From: Elephas maximus
Taxonomy: Eukaryota
Assembly (NCBI RefSeq): GCF_024166365.1
Contig: NC_064841.1
Location: 46,311,680-46,375,679 of the forward strand
Direction of reading: 5' to 3'
DNA: 64,000 nt
Shown: piece after piece, positions 50,611 to 61,399 of the stretch
Position numbering within the stretch: the stretch's first letter is position 1
Layout of the letters: the number at the start of each line of letters is the position of its first letter
Program-made: the position numbers and the translations under genes
Notes under the pieces: model-generated
Seen by the model: the letters and a program-made list of their open reading frames with translations, nothing else
Told to the model about the DNA's origin: nothing
Databases searched by the model: none

Positions 50611-51125
50611 AGTGGAGCTGGCTGATTATCTTTTCCCCCAGTTGTGAATTTATTCCTCTTCCATGGCTGGGAGAATGGCTCAGATTGCTCAGCAGGGCAT
50701 ATCTCAGGCCCAGGGAAACTGACAGTCACTGAAGCTGGCTTGGGGGCTGGGGGCACAGTAAAATATATGCAAGAACTTAGCTTTTGCCCAGAGCATCATT
50801 CTTCTTTGGTTCCAGAGGTGTGAGTAGGCTGTGCAGCTGGCTGTTTCTCCCTGAGGAAACTGCAGCTGAAGACTACCACCAGCCCACCACAGTCACTCCT
50901 GCGAATGGTGCCTGAGGGTTCCTGGTGATTCAGGTCCAGCAACTCCTCTCTGCTTCTGAACCGTCTCTCTCTCTCCCTCTGCTGCTCAGTCTGTTTTCTA
51001 ACTTTGCCTTTGATGTTCAGGGCTCCTACGTTGTCATAAATATAATCTTTTCACTTGTTTTTTCAGGTCTTCATTGTAAGAGGGATCACCGGAAGCGTCT
51101 GACTACTCCACCATCTTGACCCCAC
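50611..51125 (-). mobile_element. L1 5'UTR (type 'b') first ~500 bp, antisense
   Basis: The reverse complement of 51107-51125 is ggtggggtcaagatggtggagtagtcagacgcttccggtgatccctcttacaatgaagacc, the L1 leader. The rest is collinear with 6418-6900 and 44666-45200. Confidence 0.7.
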
Positions 51126-51127
51126 CC

Positions 51128-52960
51128 TTGTTTGATTTCTTGGTGGCTACATTCATGGCCATTAATTGTGATTCCAAGTAAAATGAAATCCTTGACGCCT
51201 TCATCCTTTCTCCGTTTATCATGGTGATGCTTATTGGTCCAGTTGTGAGGATTTTTGTTTTCTTTATCTTGAGATGTAATCCATACTGAAAGCTAAAGTC
51301 TTTGATCTTCATCAGTAAGTTCAAGTCCTCTTTGCTTTCAGCAAGCAAGGTTGTGCCATCTGCATATTGCAGGTTGTTTATGAGTTTTCTTCCAATAATG
51401 ATGCTGCATTCTTAGTCATATAGTCCAGTTACAGATTATTTGTTCAGCATACATACTGAATAATTACGATAACAGGATACAACCATGGCACACACCATTC
51501 CTGATTTTATACCATGAAGTATCCTCTTGTTCTGTTCAAACGACTGCTTATTGGTCTTTGTACAGGTTTCACATGAGCATAATTGTTCTGGAATTCCCAT
51601 CTTTTGTAATGTTCTCCATAATTTGTTATGATCCACACAGTAGAATGCCTTTGCATAGTCAATGAAACACAGGTAAACACCTTTCTGATATTCTTTCCTT
51701 TAACCCAAGATCCATCTGACATCAGCAATGATATCCCTGGTTCCATGTCCTCTTCTGAATCCGGCTTGAATTTCTGGCAGTTCACTATCGATATAAAGCT
51801 GCAACCATTTTTTAATTATCTTCACCAAAGTTTTACTTATGTGTGGTATTAATTATACTGTTTGATAACTTCCACATTCTGTTGGATCACCTTTCTTTGA
51901 AATGGGCACAAATATGGATCTCTTCCTGTCAGTTGACCAGGTAGCTGCTTTCAAATTTCTTGGCATAGACAAGTGACTGTTTCCAGTGTTGTATTCATTT
52001 GTTAATACATCTCAATTGGTATTCTGTCAATTTCTGGAGCCCTGTTTTTCATCAATGCCTTTGGTGCAGCTTGGACTTCTTCCTTCAATATCATCAGTTC
52101 TTGAAGTGGTTCAACGTTGATCAATTTTTTTGGTACAGTGACTCTGTATATTCCTTTCATCTGCTTCTGATGCTTCCTGAGTTGTTTAATATTTTCCCCA
52201 TAGAATCTTTCAATATTGTAACTAGAGGCTTGAATTTTTTCTTTGGTTTCTTCAGCTTGAGAAATTCTGAGTATGTTCTTTTCTTTTGGTTTTCTATCTC
52301 CAGATCTTTGCACATGTCATTATAATACTTTGTTTTGTCAAGCAGCCCTTTGAAATCTTCTGTTCAGGTTTTTTACTTCATCATTTCTTCTGTTCACTTT
52401 AGCTACTCTACCTTCAAGAGCAAGTTTTAGAGTCTCTTTCTGACATCCATTTTGGTCTTTTCCTTCTTTCCTCCCTTTTTAATGACCTTTTTCTTTCCTT
52501 GATGTCATCCCACAAATTATCTGTTTTTGGCATGGACAAGTGACTCTTTCCAGCATTGTATCCATTTATTGAAACATCATTAGTGTTCAATGTATCAAAA
52601 GTATCTTTGAGATGGTCTCTAAATTCAGGTGGGATATACTGAAGGTCGTACTTTGGCTCTTGTGGACTTGCTTTCATTTTCTTCAGCTTCAACTTGAACT
52701 TGCATATGAGCAGTTGATGGTCTGTTCCACAGTCAGCCCCTGGCCATGTTCTGTCTGATGATTTGTTGTACTGTGGTGTTTTGTGTGTTGCTATGATGCT
52801 GGAAGCTATGCCACCGGTATTTCAAATAACAGCAGGATCATTCCTGGTGGGCAGGTTTCAGTGTCGCTTCCAGACTAAGACAGACTAGGAAGAAAGACTT
52901 CAGGATCTACTTCTTTAAAAAACTGGCCAGTGAAAACCTTATTAATGGTAGCGGAACAAT
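51128..52960 (-). mobile_element. RTE/BovB-like body (EN C-terminal through RT), antisense, lacking the 3'-terminal ~0.5 kb
   Basis: Minus ORFs 51103-51348 (MLAESKEDLNLLMKIKDFSFQYGLHLKIKKTKIL...), 52002-52313 (...KALMKNRAPEIDRIPIEMY) and 52414-52692 (...KYDLQYIPPEFRD...). The reverse complement of 52700-52780 gives ...RTWPGADCGTDHQLLICKFKLKLKK, the BovB EN C-terminus. Confidence 0.75.
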
Positions 52961-53400
52961 GTCTGATATGATGCCAGAAGATGAGCCCCTCTGGTTGGAA
53001 GGCACTCAAATTATGACTAGAGGAGGGCTGCCTCCTCAAAGTAGAGTTGACCTTAATGACATGGATGGAGTAAAGCTTTTGAGACCTTCATTTGATGTGT
53101 CAAGACTCAAAAGAGAAGAAACAGCTGCAAACATCCATTAATAATCAGAATGTGGAATGTAGGAATTATGAATTTAGGAAAATTGGAAGTTGTCAAACAT
53201 GAAATGGAATGCTTAAAGATCTGTATCCTAGGCATTAGTGAGATGAAATTGGCCATTTTAAATCGACAATCATATGGTCTAGTATGCCAGGAACAATAAA
53301 CTGAAGAGGAACTACATCGTATTCACTGTTGAAAAGAACACTTTAAAATCTATCCTCTTGACCAAGGCAAAGTCATAGAAGCTTCCAAGATATAACTAAA
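52960..53400 (+). mobile_element. RTE 5' end (upstream small ORF and EN N-terminal ~80 codons) in the opposite orientation to the adjacent RTE body
   Basis: 53150-53400 translates MWNVGIMNLGKLEVVKHEMECLKICILGISEMK..., collinear with 5225-5330 (LGKLEIIKNEVDHISINILGISELKW). ORF 52959-53141 lies upstream. Confidence 0.65.
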
Positions 53401-54170
53401 CACCTTGATGGACCTAGTTGCTGGAGCTGAGGGCTGGGGACCATGCTGTCTGGAGACATCTAAGTCAACTGGCATAACATACTACATAAAGAAAATGTTC
53501 TACTTCCTACTTTGGTGAGTAACATTTGGGGTCTTAAAAGCTTGCGAGTGGCCATCTAAGATATAACTAGCGGTCTCTTCCCATCTAGAGCAAAGGTGAG
53601 TGAAGAAAACCAAAGACCCAAGGGAGCAATTAGTCCAAAGGACAAATGGACCACACCACCACAGCTGCCACCAGCCTAAGCCCAGAGGAACTAGAGGGTG
53701 CCCGGCTACCACTATTGACTGCTCTGACAGGGATCACAATAGAGAGTCCTGGAGAGGGTGGGAGAAGGATGTAGAACAGAAAATCAAATTCATAAAAGAA
53801 GACTAGACTTACTGGCCTGAGACTAGAGGAACCCCCGAGATTATGGCCCTAAGACACCCCTCTGATTTGGAACCACAGTCATTCCTGGGAACCACTTTCC
53901 AGCCAAACAACAGACAGGCCTAAAAAAAATAACACCAGAAAGGAACTTGCTCCATAGAACAATCAATTATACCAGACCAAAGAGGTGCCCAAAAGCTAAG
54001 ATGAGAAGGCAGAAAGGGACAGGAAAACCAGATAAAAGGAAATGGGGAAACCAGGGCAGAAATGGGAAGAAGGCTGTCATGGAACACTTTGTGTACAATT
54101 TTTTGAATGGGATACTAATTTGCTCTGTAAACTTTCACCTAATACACAATATTTTTTTAAAAGTTACCTA
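53400..54170 (+). mobile_element. L1 3'UTR fragment (long-3'UTR lineage) with A-rich end
   Basis: ...ggggtcttaaaagcttgcgagtggccatctaagatataac...ccacaccaccacagctgccaccagcctaag...gactgctctgacagggatcacaa... is collinear with 39700-40150 and 36800-37250. Confidence 0.65.
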
Positions 54171-54285
54171 GATAGACAGACAGACACGGATAGATAGATG
54201 GATGATAGGTAGATAGGTAGGTAGATGATAGATAGATGACAGATGATAGATGATACATAGACAGACAGATAGACAGACAGATCAG
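54170..54285. repeat. (GATA/GACA)n compound microsatellite
   Basis: gatagacagacagacacggatagatagatggatgataggtagataggtaggtagatgatagatagatgacagatgatagatgatacatagacagacagatagacagacagatcag. Confidence 0.85.
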
Positions 54286-54894
54286 TTTTAAAAAAGTAGT
54301 ATATAAATGCAAGATAATTCCTTGTAGCCTTCTTACAAGGTTATTTAATAAGAAATGGTTGAAAATAAATAGCTAAAACTTATAAAGTCACCTGGAAATG
54401 GAAATGTCATCTAATTTCATCAGTGATTTGAATACTATTCCTTCTTCTTTGAACTTAGCGCGAAGAAACTGTAGTACAAGAAATGTGGCAATCAGGTCCA
54501 GGAGACATTCTTGTCCCTTTATACCTAAAAGGAAAAAAAAAAAACTCCTTACGTCTGTTTGAAACTGCATCTCACATTGTGTCCATTTATAAAAGTCCTA
54601 TTAAAAAATTACAATACTATTAAACCTTAAAGTAATAGCAGATCATAAACTCTGTAATACTCCTCAAGGCCCTTAACTAGCCTGCTGTTGAAATAGAAAA
54701 TTAGGAAGACTGGAACATGTGCTATCATATTATACTGAAGGTTTTTAGGAAACTATATCCAGAGCTCACCTCCCTCGACAAATTCAATAACCAGTAGGCA
54801 TGAAGTATGATGAAAGAAAGTTTGTTTCTAAGCTCTTGCTACAAACAGCTCAGAAGAATAAACTTTAAATATACAATAGATATGGCCGATTATG

Positions 54895-55050
54895 GAAACC
54901 CTCGTGGTGTAGCTGTTAAGTGCTACAGCTGCTAATCAAAATGTCAGCAGTTCAAACCCACCAGGCACTCCTTGGAAACTCTATGGGGCAGTTCTACTCT
55001 GGTCTATAGGGCCACTATGAGTCAGAATCAACTTGATGACAATGGATTTG
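54895..55050 (+). mobile_element. AfroSINE
   Basis: ggaaaccctcgtggtgtagctgttaagtgctacagctgctaatcaaaatgtcagcagttcaaacccaccaggcactccttggaaactctatggggcagttctactctggtctatagggccactatgagtcagaatcaacttgatgacaatgg. Confidence 0.75.
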
Positions 55051-55994
55051 GTTTGGTTTTTTCCTATGGCTGATTATACCAGTGTATCAAATTATTTCTA
55101 GTGAATAGTACCTAAACAGTGCTATTTAACAAATCAAGATATTTACTATATTATGAAATACAAAACTGAAAATGAATGTTTTGATATAGTGAACCCAGAA
55201 ATTAACAATCCATTTCTATTTCTAAAACAATGCAAGTCACATTTAAAATCGCTTTAAAATATAAAATAGTTCCAAAATAGTTATATTCCCAATTCCTATT
55301 TCATCAAGTTAATTTTATTCAAATTTTTCCCATCTATCTTCATTATCAGTAGTGTCACAGTGAGTCTTCCAATTGGTAAATCATCTTTATTTCTATCTAA
55401 TGTGTTTGGCATAAAGCACTGTTTGTATTACTATCACACAGCCACTTAATGTATTGTTTTATTTGATTATGAAATAGTTTAAGTACACAAAAATGTAAAC
55501 GGAATAGTATGATGACTAGTCCCCCTTTGTATCTCTCCTCCAATCCATTTCCCTCCCCTCTCTCTTCAAAGAGACCACTCAGAAATACTGTTCTGATTTT
55601 GAGAATTACATTTTCATGATGTACATTGCTCTTGAAATAGGCTCATTAAACAATATTCAGTAAAAACAAAAAAACAGAATATTCAGTGTTTATGATTTCT
55701 AATTCCTATTCCCAGGATTACTTCATAAACTTGTGCTGAACTTCTTTTACTCACCTTTTTAGGATTTCTGTCCTACAGCTTCTGTATGTACCCAATATCA
55801 GCATGAATTAAGGTCGTTTTAGGCTGACTACCTTCTTTAATAGACACTGTGTTATTCAAAATAAAGTAATTGAGGCAATACCTTACAGCATGAAATACAT
55901 ATAAAAACTCAAATATGTTATGACTTCTTTTCTGAGTGAGAATTTTTTTTTTTTAAAGCAACCATAACAAAACCCTTGCCTTATAATTGCTATA

Positions 55995-57055
55995 TTGTTG
56001 TCAGGTGCCATGCAGTCGGTTCCAACTCATAGCAACCCTATGTACAACAGAATGAAACATCGCCCAGTCCTGCACCATCCTCGCAATCATTTTATGTTTG
56101 AGCCCATTGTTGCAGCTACTGTGTCAATTCATCTCATTGAGGGTCTTCCTCTTTTTTGCTGACTCTCTACTTTACCAAGCATGATGTCCTTCTCCAGAGA
56201 CCGGTCCCTCCTGATAGCATGTCCAAAGTACGTGAGATGAAGTTGCACCATCCTCGCTTCTAAGGAGCATTCTGGCTGTACTTCTTCCAAGACAGATTTG
56301 TTCATCCCTCCAGCAGTTTAGGGTATATTCAATATTCTTTGCCAACACCATAATTCAAATGCATCAGTCCTTCTTCAGTATTCTTTATTCATTGCCCAGC
56401 TTTTGCCTGCATGTGAGGCGACTGAAAATACTATGGCTTGGGTCAGGCACACCTTAGTTCTCAAAGTGACATGTTTGCTTTGGAACACATTAAAGATGTC
56501 TTTTGCAGCAGATCTGTCCAACGCAATTCGTCGTTTGATTTCTTGATGGCTACTTCCCTGGGCATTGATTGTAAATCCAAGTAAAATGAAATCCTTGACA
56601 ACTTCATTATTTTCTCCAATTATCATGATGTTGCTCATTGCTCCAGATGTGAGGATTTTTGTTTTTTTTATGTTGGGGTATAATCCAAACTGAAGTCTTC
56701 AGTCTTCATCAGTAAGTCCTTCAAGTCCTCTTTGCTCTCAGCAAGCAAGGTTGTGTCATCTGCATATGGCGGGTCGCTAATGAATCCTCCTCCAATCCTG
56801 ATGCCGGATTCTTCTTCATATAGTCAAGCTTCTCAGATTATTTGCTCAGCATACATACTGAAAAGTATGGTGAAAAGATACAACCCTGACGCACACCTTT
56901 CCTAACCTTAAACCACGTGACAACAGTCGAACAACAGTCTATGTATAGACCAAGCACAATTAAGTGTTCAGGAATTTCCATTCTTCATGTTATCCTAATT
57001 TGTTATGATCTACACAGTAGAATGCCTTTGCATAGTAAATAAAACACAGGTAAAC
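55995..57055 (-). mobile_element. RTE/BovB-like 3' ~1 kb, antisense
   Basis: Minus ORF 56375-56638 (MSNIMIIGENNEVVKDFILLGFTINAQGSSHQEIKRRIALDRSAAKDIF...). Its 3' end is gttgtcaggtgccatgcagtcggttccaactcatagcaaccc. Confidence 0.8.
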
Positions 57056-58144
57056 ATATTGTAATTAAGATAATTAACTGTCTTATAATTAAGAATATAC
57101 AATTACTTTTTTGAGTAAAGACCAAAGGGACTTGTGCATAATATGAATATATCTGTACAAACACCATTAATTTTATGTCACTGAAATAGCCAAAACAGCT
57201 TCTAAGATGAGAGGGATTTTATTAAGTGACATCATTCTTCTAATTTAGAATAACTGAATAAATCTTTAGTAAAACGAAACTACAAAATTAATCCATTATC
57301 CCACAAAAGAAAATCATTGGAGACAAATAAAAAGGAGTTTAATTAGCGAGTTCTCTTTTTTTAGGCTAATATTTAAATGATAATAATAAGCAACACAACT
57401 CCATTTAAGAATACCATCAATGATAAAATCATGAAACAATGTATTAGAGTAATTTAAAAAACAAATTCAGGTGGTAAAGGAGAGATAAAAGAGAAACAAA
57501 AAGACAAAAAAAGTTGGATAGAGAGATATGAAAACAACTCGAAAAAATCAGACAGCTTGGGACTACATATAGGGAAAAAGGAGCAGAAAAGCACACACCA
57601 CCAGAAAAATACCATGGGTAATATAAGTAAGACAGGGAAAATCCATATATAGGATATATCCGTAAAGAAATCTCATCTTAACTTTTAACATTGAACTCCC
57701 TAGTTTCCTCTTATTTTTCTAGTCCTTCTTTCTCAGTCTTTTTTGCTGTTTCCTGCTCTGCCTGGCCACTAAATATTGGTGTTCACCAAGGATAGCCCTA
57801 AGCCCTCTTCTCTGCTCTAGGTATGCTTTCTTTAGTTGATCTTACCTAGACACATGGCTTTAAATACCACTAATTTTCCAACTCTGACCTCTTCCCTCAG
57901 CTCTAGCCTCACATATCCAAGTATGCATTTCCCTCGAATGTCTAACAGGCATCTCAAACTTAAAGTGTCCAAAATACAATTCCAAATATTAGTGTTTCTA
58001 AGGCTCAGCTACAGGTGATGTTTTCTCTTTCCATGTTCTAGCCTGAAATCCTCGCTCTTACGCTAACTATTCATACCTGATTCTTCCTCGAAAACACATC
58101 TCAAATCTTCCCAATTACACAATTCAATTTTTTAAAAGATTATT

Positions 58145-58400
58145 GTTATTGTTTGCCATCAAGTCACCTCGTACTCACAGTGACCCCATGTACAACAAAA
58201 CAAAACTCTGCCTGCCCTGCTCCACCTTCATGATTGTTGGCATGCTTCAGTCCATTGTTGCAGCTACTGTGCCAATACATCTCACCAAAAATGATGTCCC
58301 CCTCTAATAACTGGTCTGTCCTGATGACATGTCCAGAATAAGTAAGTAGAAGTCTGTGATCCACAGGGTTTTCATTAGCTAACATTTGGAAGTAGATTGC
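58145..58400 (-). mobile_element. RTE-3'-tail-derived short fragment (SINE-like)
   Basis: ttgtttgccatcaagtcacctcgtactcacagtgaccccatgtacaacaaaacaaaactctgcctgccctgctccaccttcatgattgttggcatgcttcagtccattgttgcagctactgtgccaatacatctc matches the RTE terminal ~250 bp. Confidence 0.55.
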
Positions 58401-58529
58401 CAGGCCTTTCTTCCTAATCTTAGTCTGGAAGCTCTGCTAAAATATGCACCATAGATGACCCTGCTGGAATTTGAAATACCAGTGGCATAGCTTTCAGCAT
58501 CATACCAACCACAGTATGACAAACTGACA

Positions 58530-58632
58530 AACAGGTTGGTGAATGTAATTAATGCTAATAAATTGTACACTTAGAAATGGTTAAAAGGGCAAATTTTATA
58601 TTATACAAATTTTAGCATAAAAAAAAAGAACC
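58530..58632 (+). mobile_element. L1 extreme 3' terminus with A9 tail
   Basis: gtaattaatgctaataaattgtacacttagaaatggttaaaagggcaaattttatattatacaaattttagcataaaaaaaaag. Confidence 0.6.
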
Positions 58633-58639
58633 TAGCAGA

Positions 58640-59895
58640 AAAAAATAACCTACAAATGGAATTGCTAGGTTAAAGAAAAGGTTTATGTTTAGCTTTATAA
58701 GAAACTACCAGACAACATTTTCACCGTTAACAATGTATTTTATTTTCCCACCAGCAATGTATGCAAGTTCCAGTTGCTCCATAACTTTACCAAGATTTTA
58801 TTTTTTCAATCTTTTTTTAATTTTAGGCATTCTGGTTGGTTTGTAGTAGTATCTCGCTGTAGTTTTTTATTTTCCTGATGAATACTTTTTCATGTGCTTG
58901 TTGGCCATTTGTAACTATTTTGTGAAGTATCTGTTCAAATATTTTGCTCATATTTGTCTTTTTATTTTTGAGTTTCTGTATATCTTGGGTATCAGTGCTT
59001 TGTCAGATACATGTTTTGTGAATGTTTCTCCCAATCAATGATTTGTCTATTCATTTTCTTAATGCTGAATTTGATTTTAATTTTGATGACCTCCAATTTT
59101 TTTTTTTTCTTTATGGTTCATACCTTTTGTGCATTTTCTAAAAATACCTTTGCCCACTCCAAATTCATGAAGATACTCTCCTATGTTTCCTTTTAAAAGT
59201 TTTTAATAGTTTTATATTTAGGTCTATGATCCACCTCAAATTAATTTTTGAAAACGGCATAAAGTAAGGATGAAAGTTCAGAAATCCAATCGTTCTAACA
59301 TCAGATTTGAAAAAGCTTTCCCTTCTTGTTAATTTGATTGGTGTCTGCAGAAAATCAATGAACTAAATGTTAAGGTCACTTTCTGGACTTTCTATTTTCC
59401 ATTGGCCTATTATTATCACCCTTATGGTAATACAAACTGTGTGTTTGACATCAGGTAATTTATACCCTCCAATTCTCTCATTCTAGTGTAAGATTATCTT
59501 GGCTATCCTAGGCCCTACTGAATTTCCATATGTATTTTAGGGTTGTCTTGTCAATTTCTACAAGAATATCCGCTGGGATTGCATTGACTCTATAGATTCA
59601 TTTGAGGACAACTGACATTATTGACTTTCCTAATCCCATTATATTGAAAAAATTTTCCACTCATTAAGGTCTTTTAAAAGTTTTCTCAATAATATTGTTA
59701 GTTTTCATTGAAGAAATCCTGCACATCTTTCTTTAAATTTATTTGTATGTATTTGATGTTTTTTAATGCTACTGTAATGGTATTTTTTAAATTGCATTTT
59801 CTGATTATTTGTAGCTAGTATATTGAATTATAACTGATTTTTCATTTTGACCATGTATCAGCTTTTGTTACCTAGTTGACAGATTTTTTTTTTTT
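58640..59895 (-). mobile_element. Old L1 ORF2 fragment, antisense
   Basis: attttcccaccagcaatgtatgcaagttccagttgctccataactttaccaagattt...catgtgcttgttggccatttgtaactattttgtgaagtatctgttcaaatattttgctcat is the typical antisense image of the L1 ORF2 C-terminal region. ORF2-antisense character continues through 59100-59890. Confidence 0.7.
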
Positions 59896-59904
59896 TATTT
59901 CAGT

Positions 59905-60122
59905 ACTTTAAACCCAAACCAAACCCAATGCAGTTGAGTCAACTGCGACTTATAGCGACCCTATAGGACAGAGTAGAACCACCCCCAAAGGGTTTCCAAG
60001 GCTATAAATCTTTACAGAAGCAGACTGCCACATCCTTCTCCTGCTGAGTGCCTGGTGGGTTCGAAATACCGACCTTCCAGTTAGGAGTCAAGTGCTTTAA
60101 CCACTGTACCACCAGGGCTTCC
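59905..60122 (-). mobile_element. AfroSINE, full length
   Basis: Reverse complement ggaagccctggtggtacagtggttaaagcacttgactcctaactggaaggtcggtatttcgaacccaccaggcactcagcaggag...ccctttgggggtggttctactctgtcctatagggtcgctataagtcgcagttgactcaactgcattgggtttgg. Confidence 0.8.
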
Positions 60123-60124
60123 AT

Positions 60125-61390
60125 TTCAATACTTCAGAGATGTTTCATTATTTCTAGCTTCTGTTATCTCAGGTGTGAAGTAAGATGAAATTCTCATAGA
60201 TATTCTCCAGAATGTAATCTGTCCTTTTTCTCTGGGTGCTTTTAAGATTTATCTTAGGCTTTCAGCAGTCTGACTTTTGTTTCCCTAAAAACGATCTTTT
60301 TTTATTTATCTCTTTGGGGTTCTGCTGCATTTCTTGGGTCTGTGGGTTGATGTCCTTCATTAATTTTAGAAAAATTTCCACCACTATTTACACACATTAA
60401 ACCATTTGATGTTCTACAAGTCCTGGATGCTCTGTTGTTGTTGTTGTTTTCCTATGCTTCAGTTTGGATAATTTTTATTGACCTATCTTTGAATTAAATG
60501 TTCATTTTTTATGTTGTATCCATATTGCTGTTAAGCCTATCCAATGAATTTTTCATTTGATTCTAATTTATAGTTTCCACCTGTCTCCTAAAACTCCCCC
60601 ATTTGTTCACCGATCCTATCTTTCCTTCTGGTAAATCCTCTAATATACTTATAATAGAATTTTTAAAGTCCTTCTCTACTAATTTCAACATTGGGGACAT
60701 CTGTAGATCAGCATGTACAGCTAATCATTTTTTCTCTTGATTATCAGTCACATTTTCCTGCTTCTTCATGTCTATTAAATTTTCATTCTATACTGAACAG
60801 TGAAGATTATATCTTGTAGCGATCCTGGATTATTACCTTGCTCTAAACAGTGCCAAGTTTTGTTCTGGTGGCTTCCATGAAGGCTTTGTTGAGGTTTTGT
60901 TAGGATGCACATATTTTGGTTTTGTCTTTTGTCCTAGGGCGTAGTCCTTAGTCACGAGTATGGTCTTTATGACCCTTTTTGGATTCCAACGGAAAATCTG
61001 AGCTGTCCACAAAGCCTCTCCAATTTGGTGTGACTTGAACTCCAGATTCTGCCTCTCCCCCATCTGGCAGAAGTTGAAGGTTTTGAATGATCTTTAAGGT
61101 TCCCAGCTATTGTTTTTTTCTGGATTCCTTGAAGTCACATCCTATGCATGCATAGGTCAGGGATGAGCCAAGGAACTAAGGGGAATTTTTACAGATTTCA
61201 GAGCTCCCTGCTCTGTGGCTCCCTCATCTCGAGGATTTTCATCCTTAATTTCCAGACACTCTGGTAGCCTGGCACTCAGATCCCATGTTCTCATCCTATT
61301 AGGACTGTTTCTACTTCAGTTATAACCTCCCAATGCTTCATGAACTGTGAAGTACTGTTTGGTGAGAAACTGGATAAATGTGAAGCTCAC
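60125..61390 (-). mobile_element. Probable continuation of the old antisense L1 (ORF2 N-terminal/ORF1 region), assigned with low confidence
   Basis: T-rich antisense-L1-like composition. It sits on the far side of the AfroSINE that interrupts 58640-59895. I could not anchor a specific motif. Confidence 0.4.
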
Positions 61391-61399
61391 TTAGTTTGC

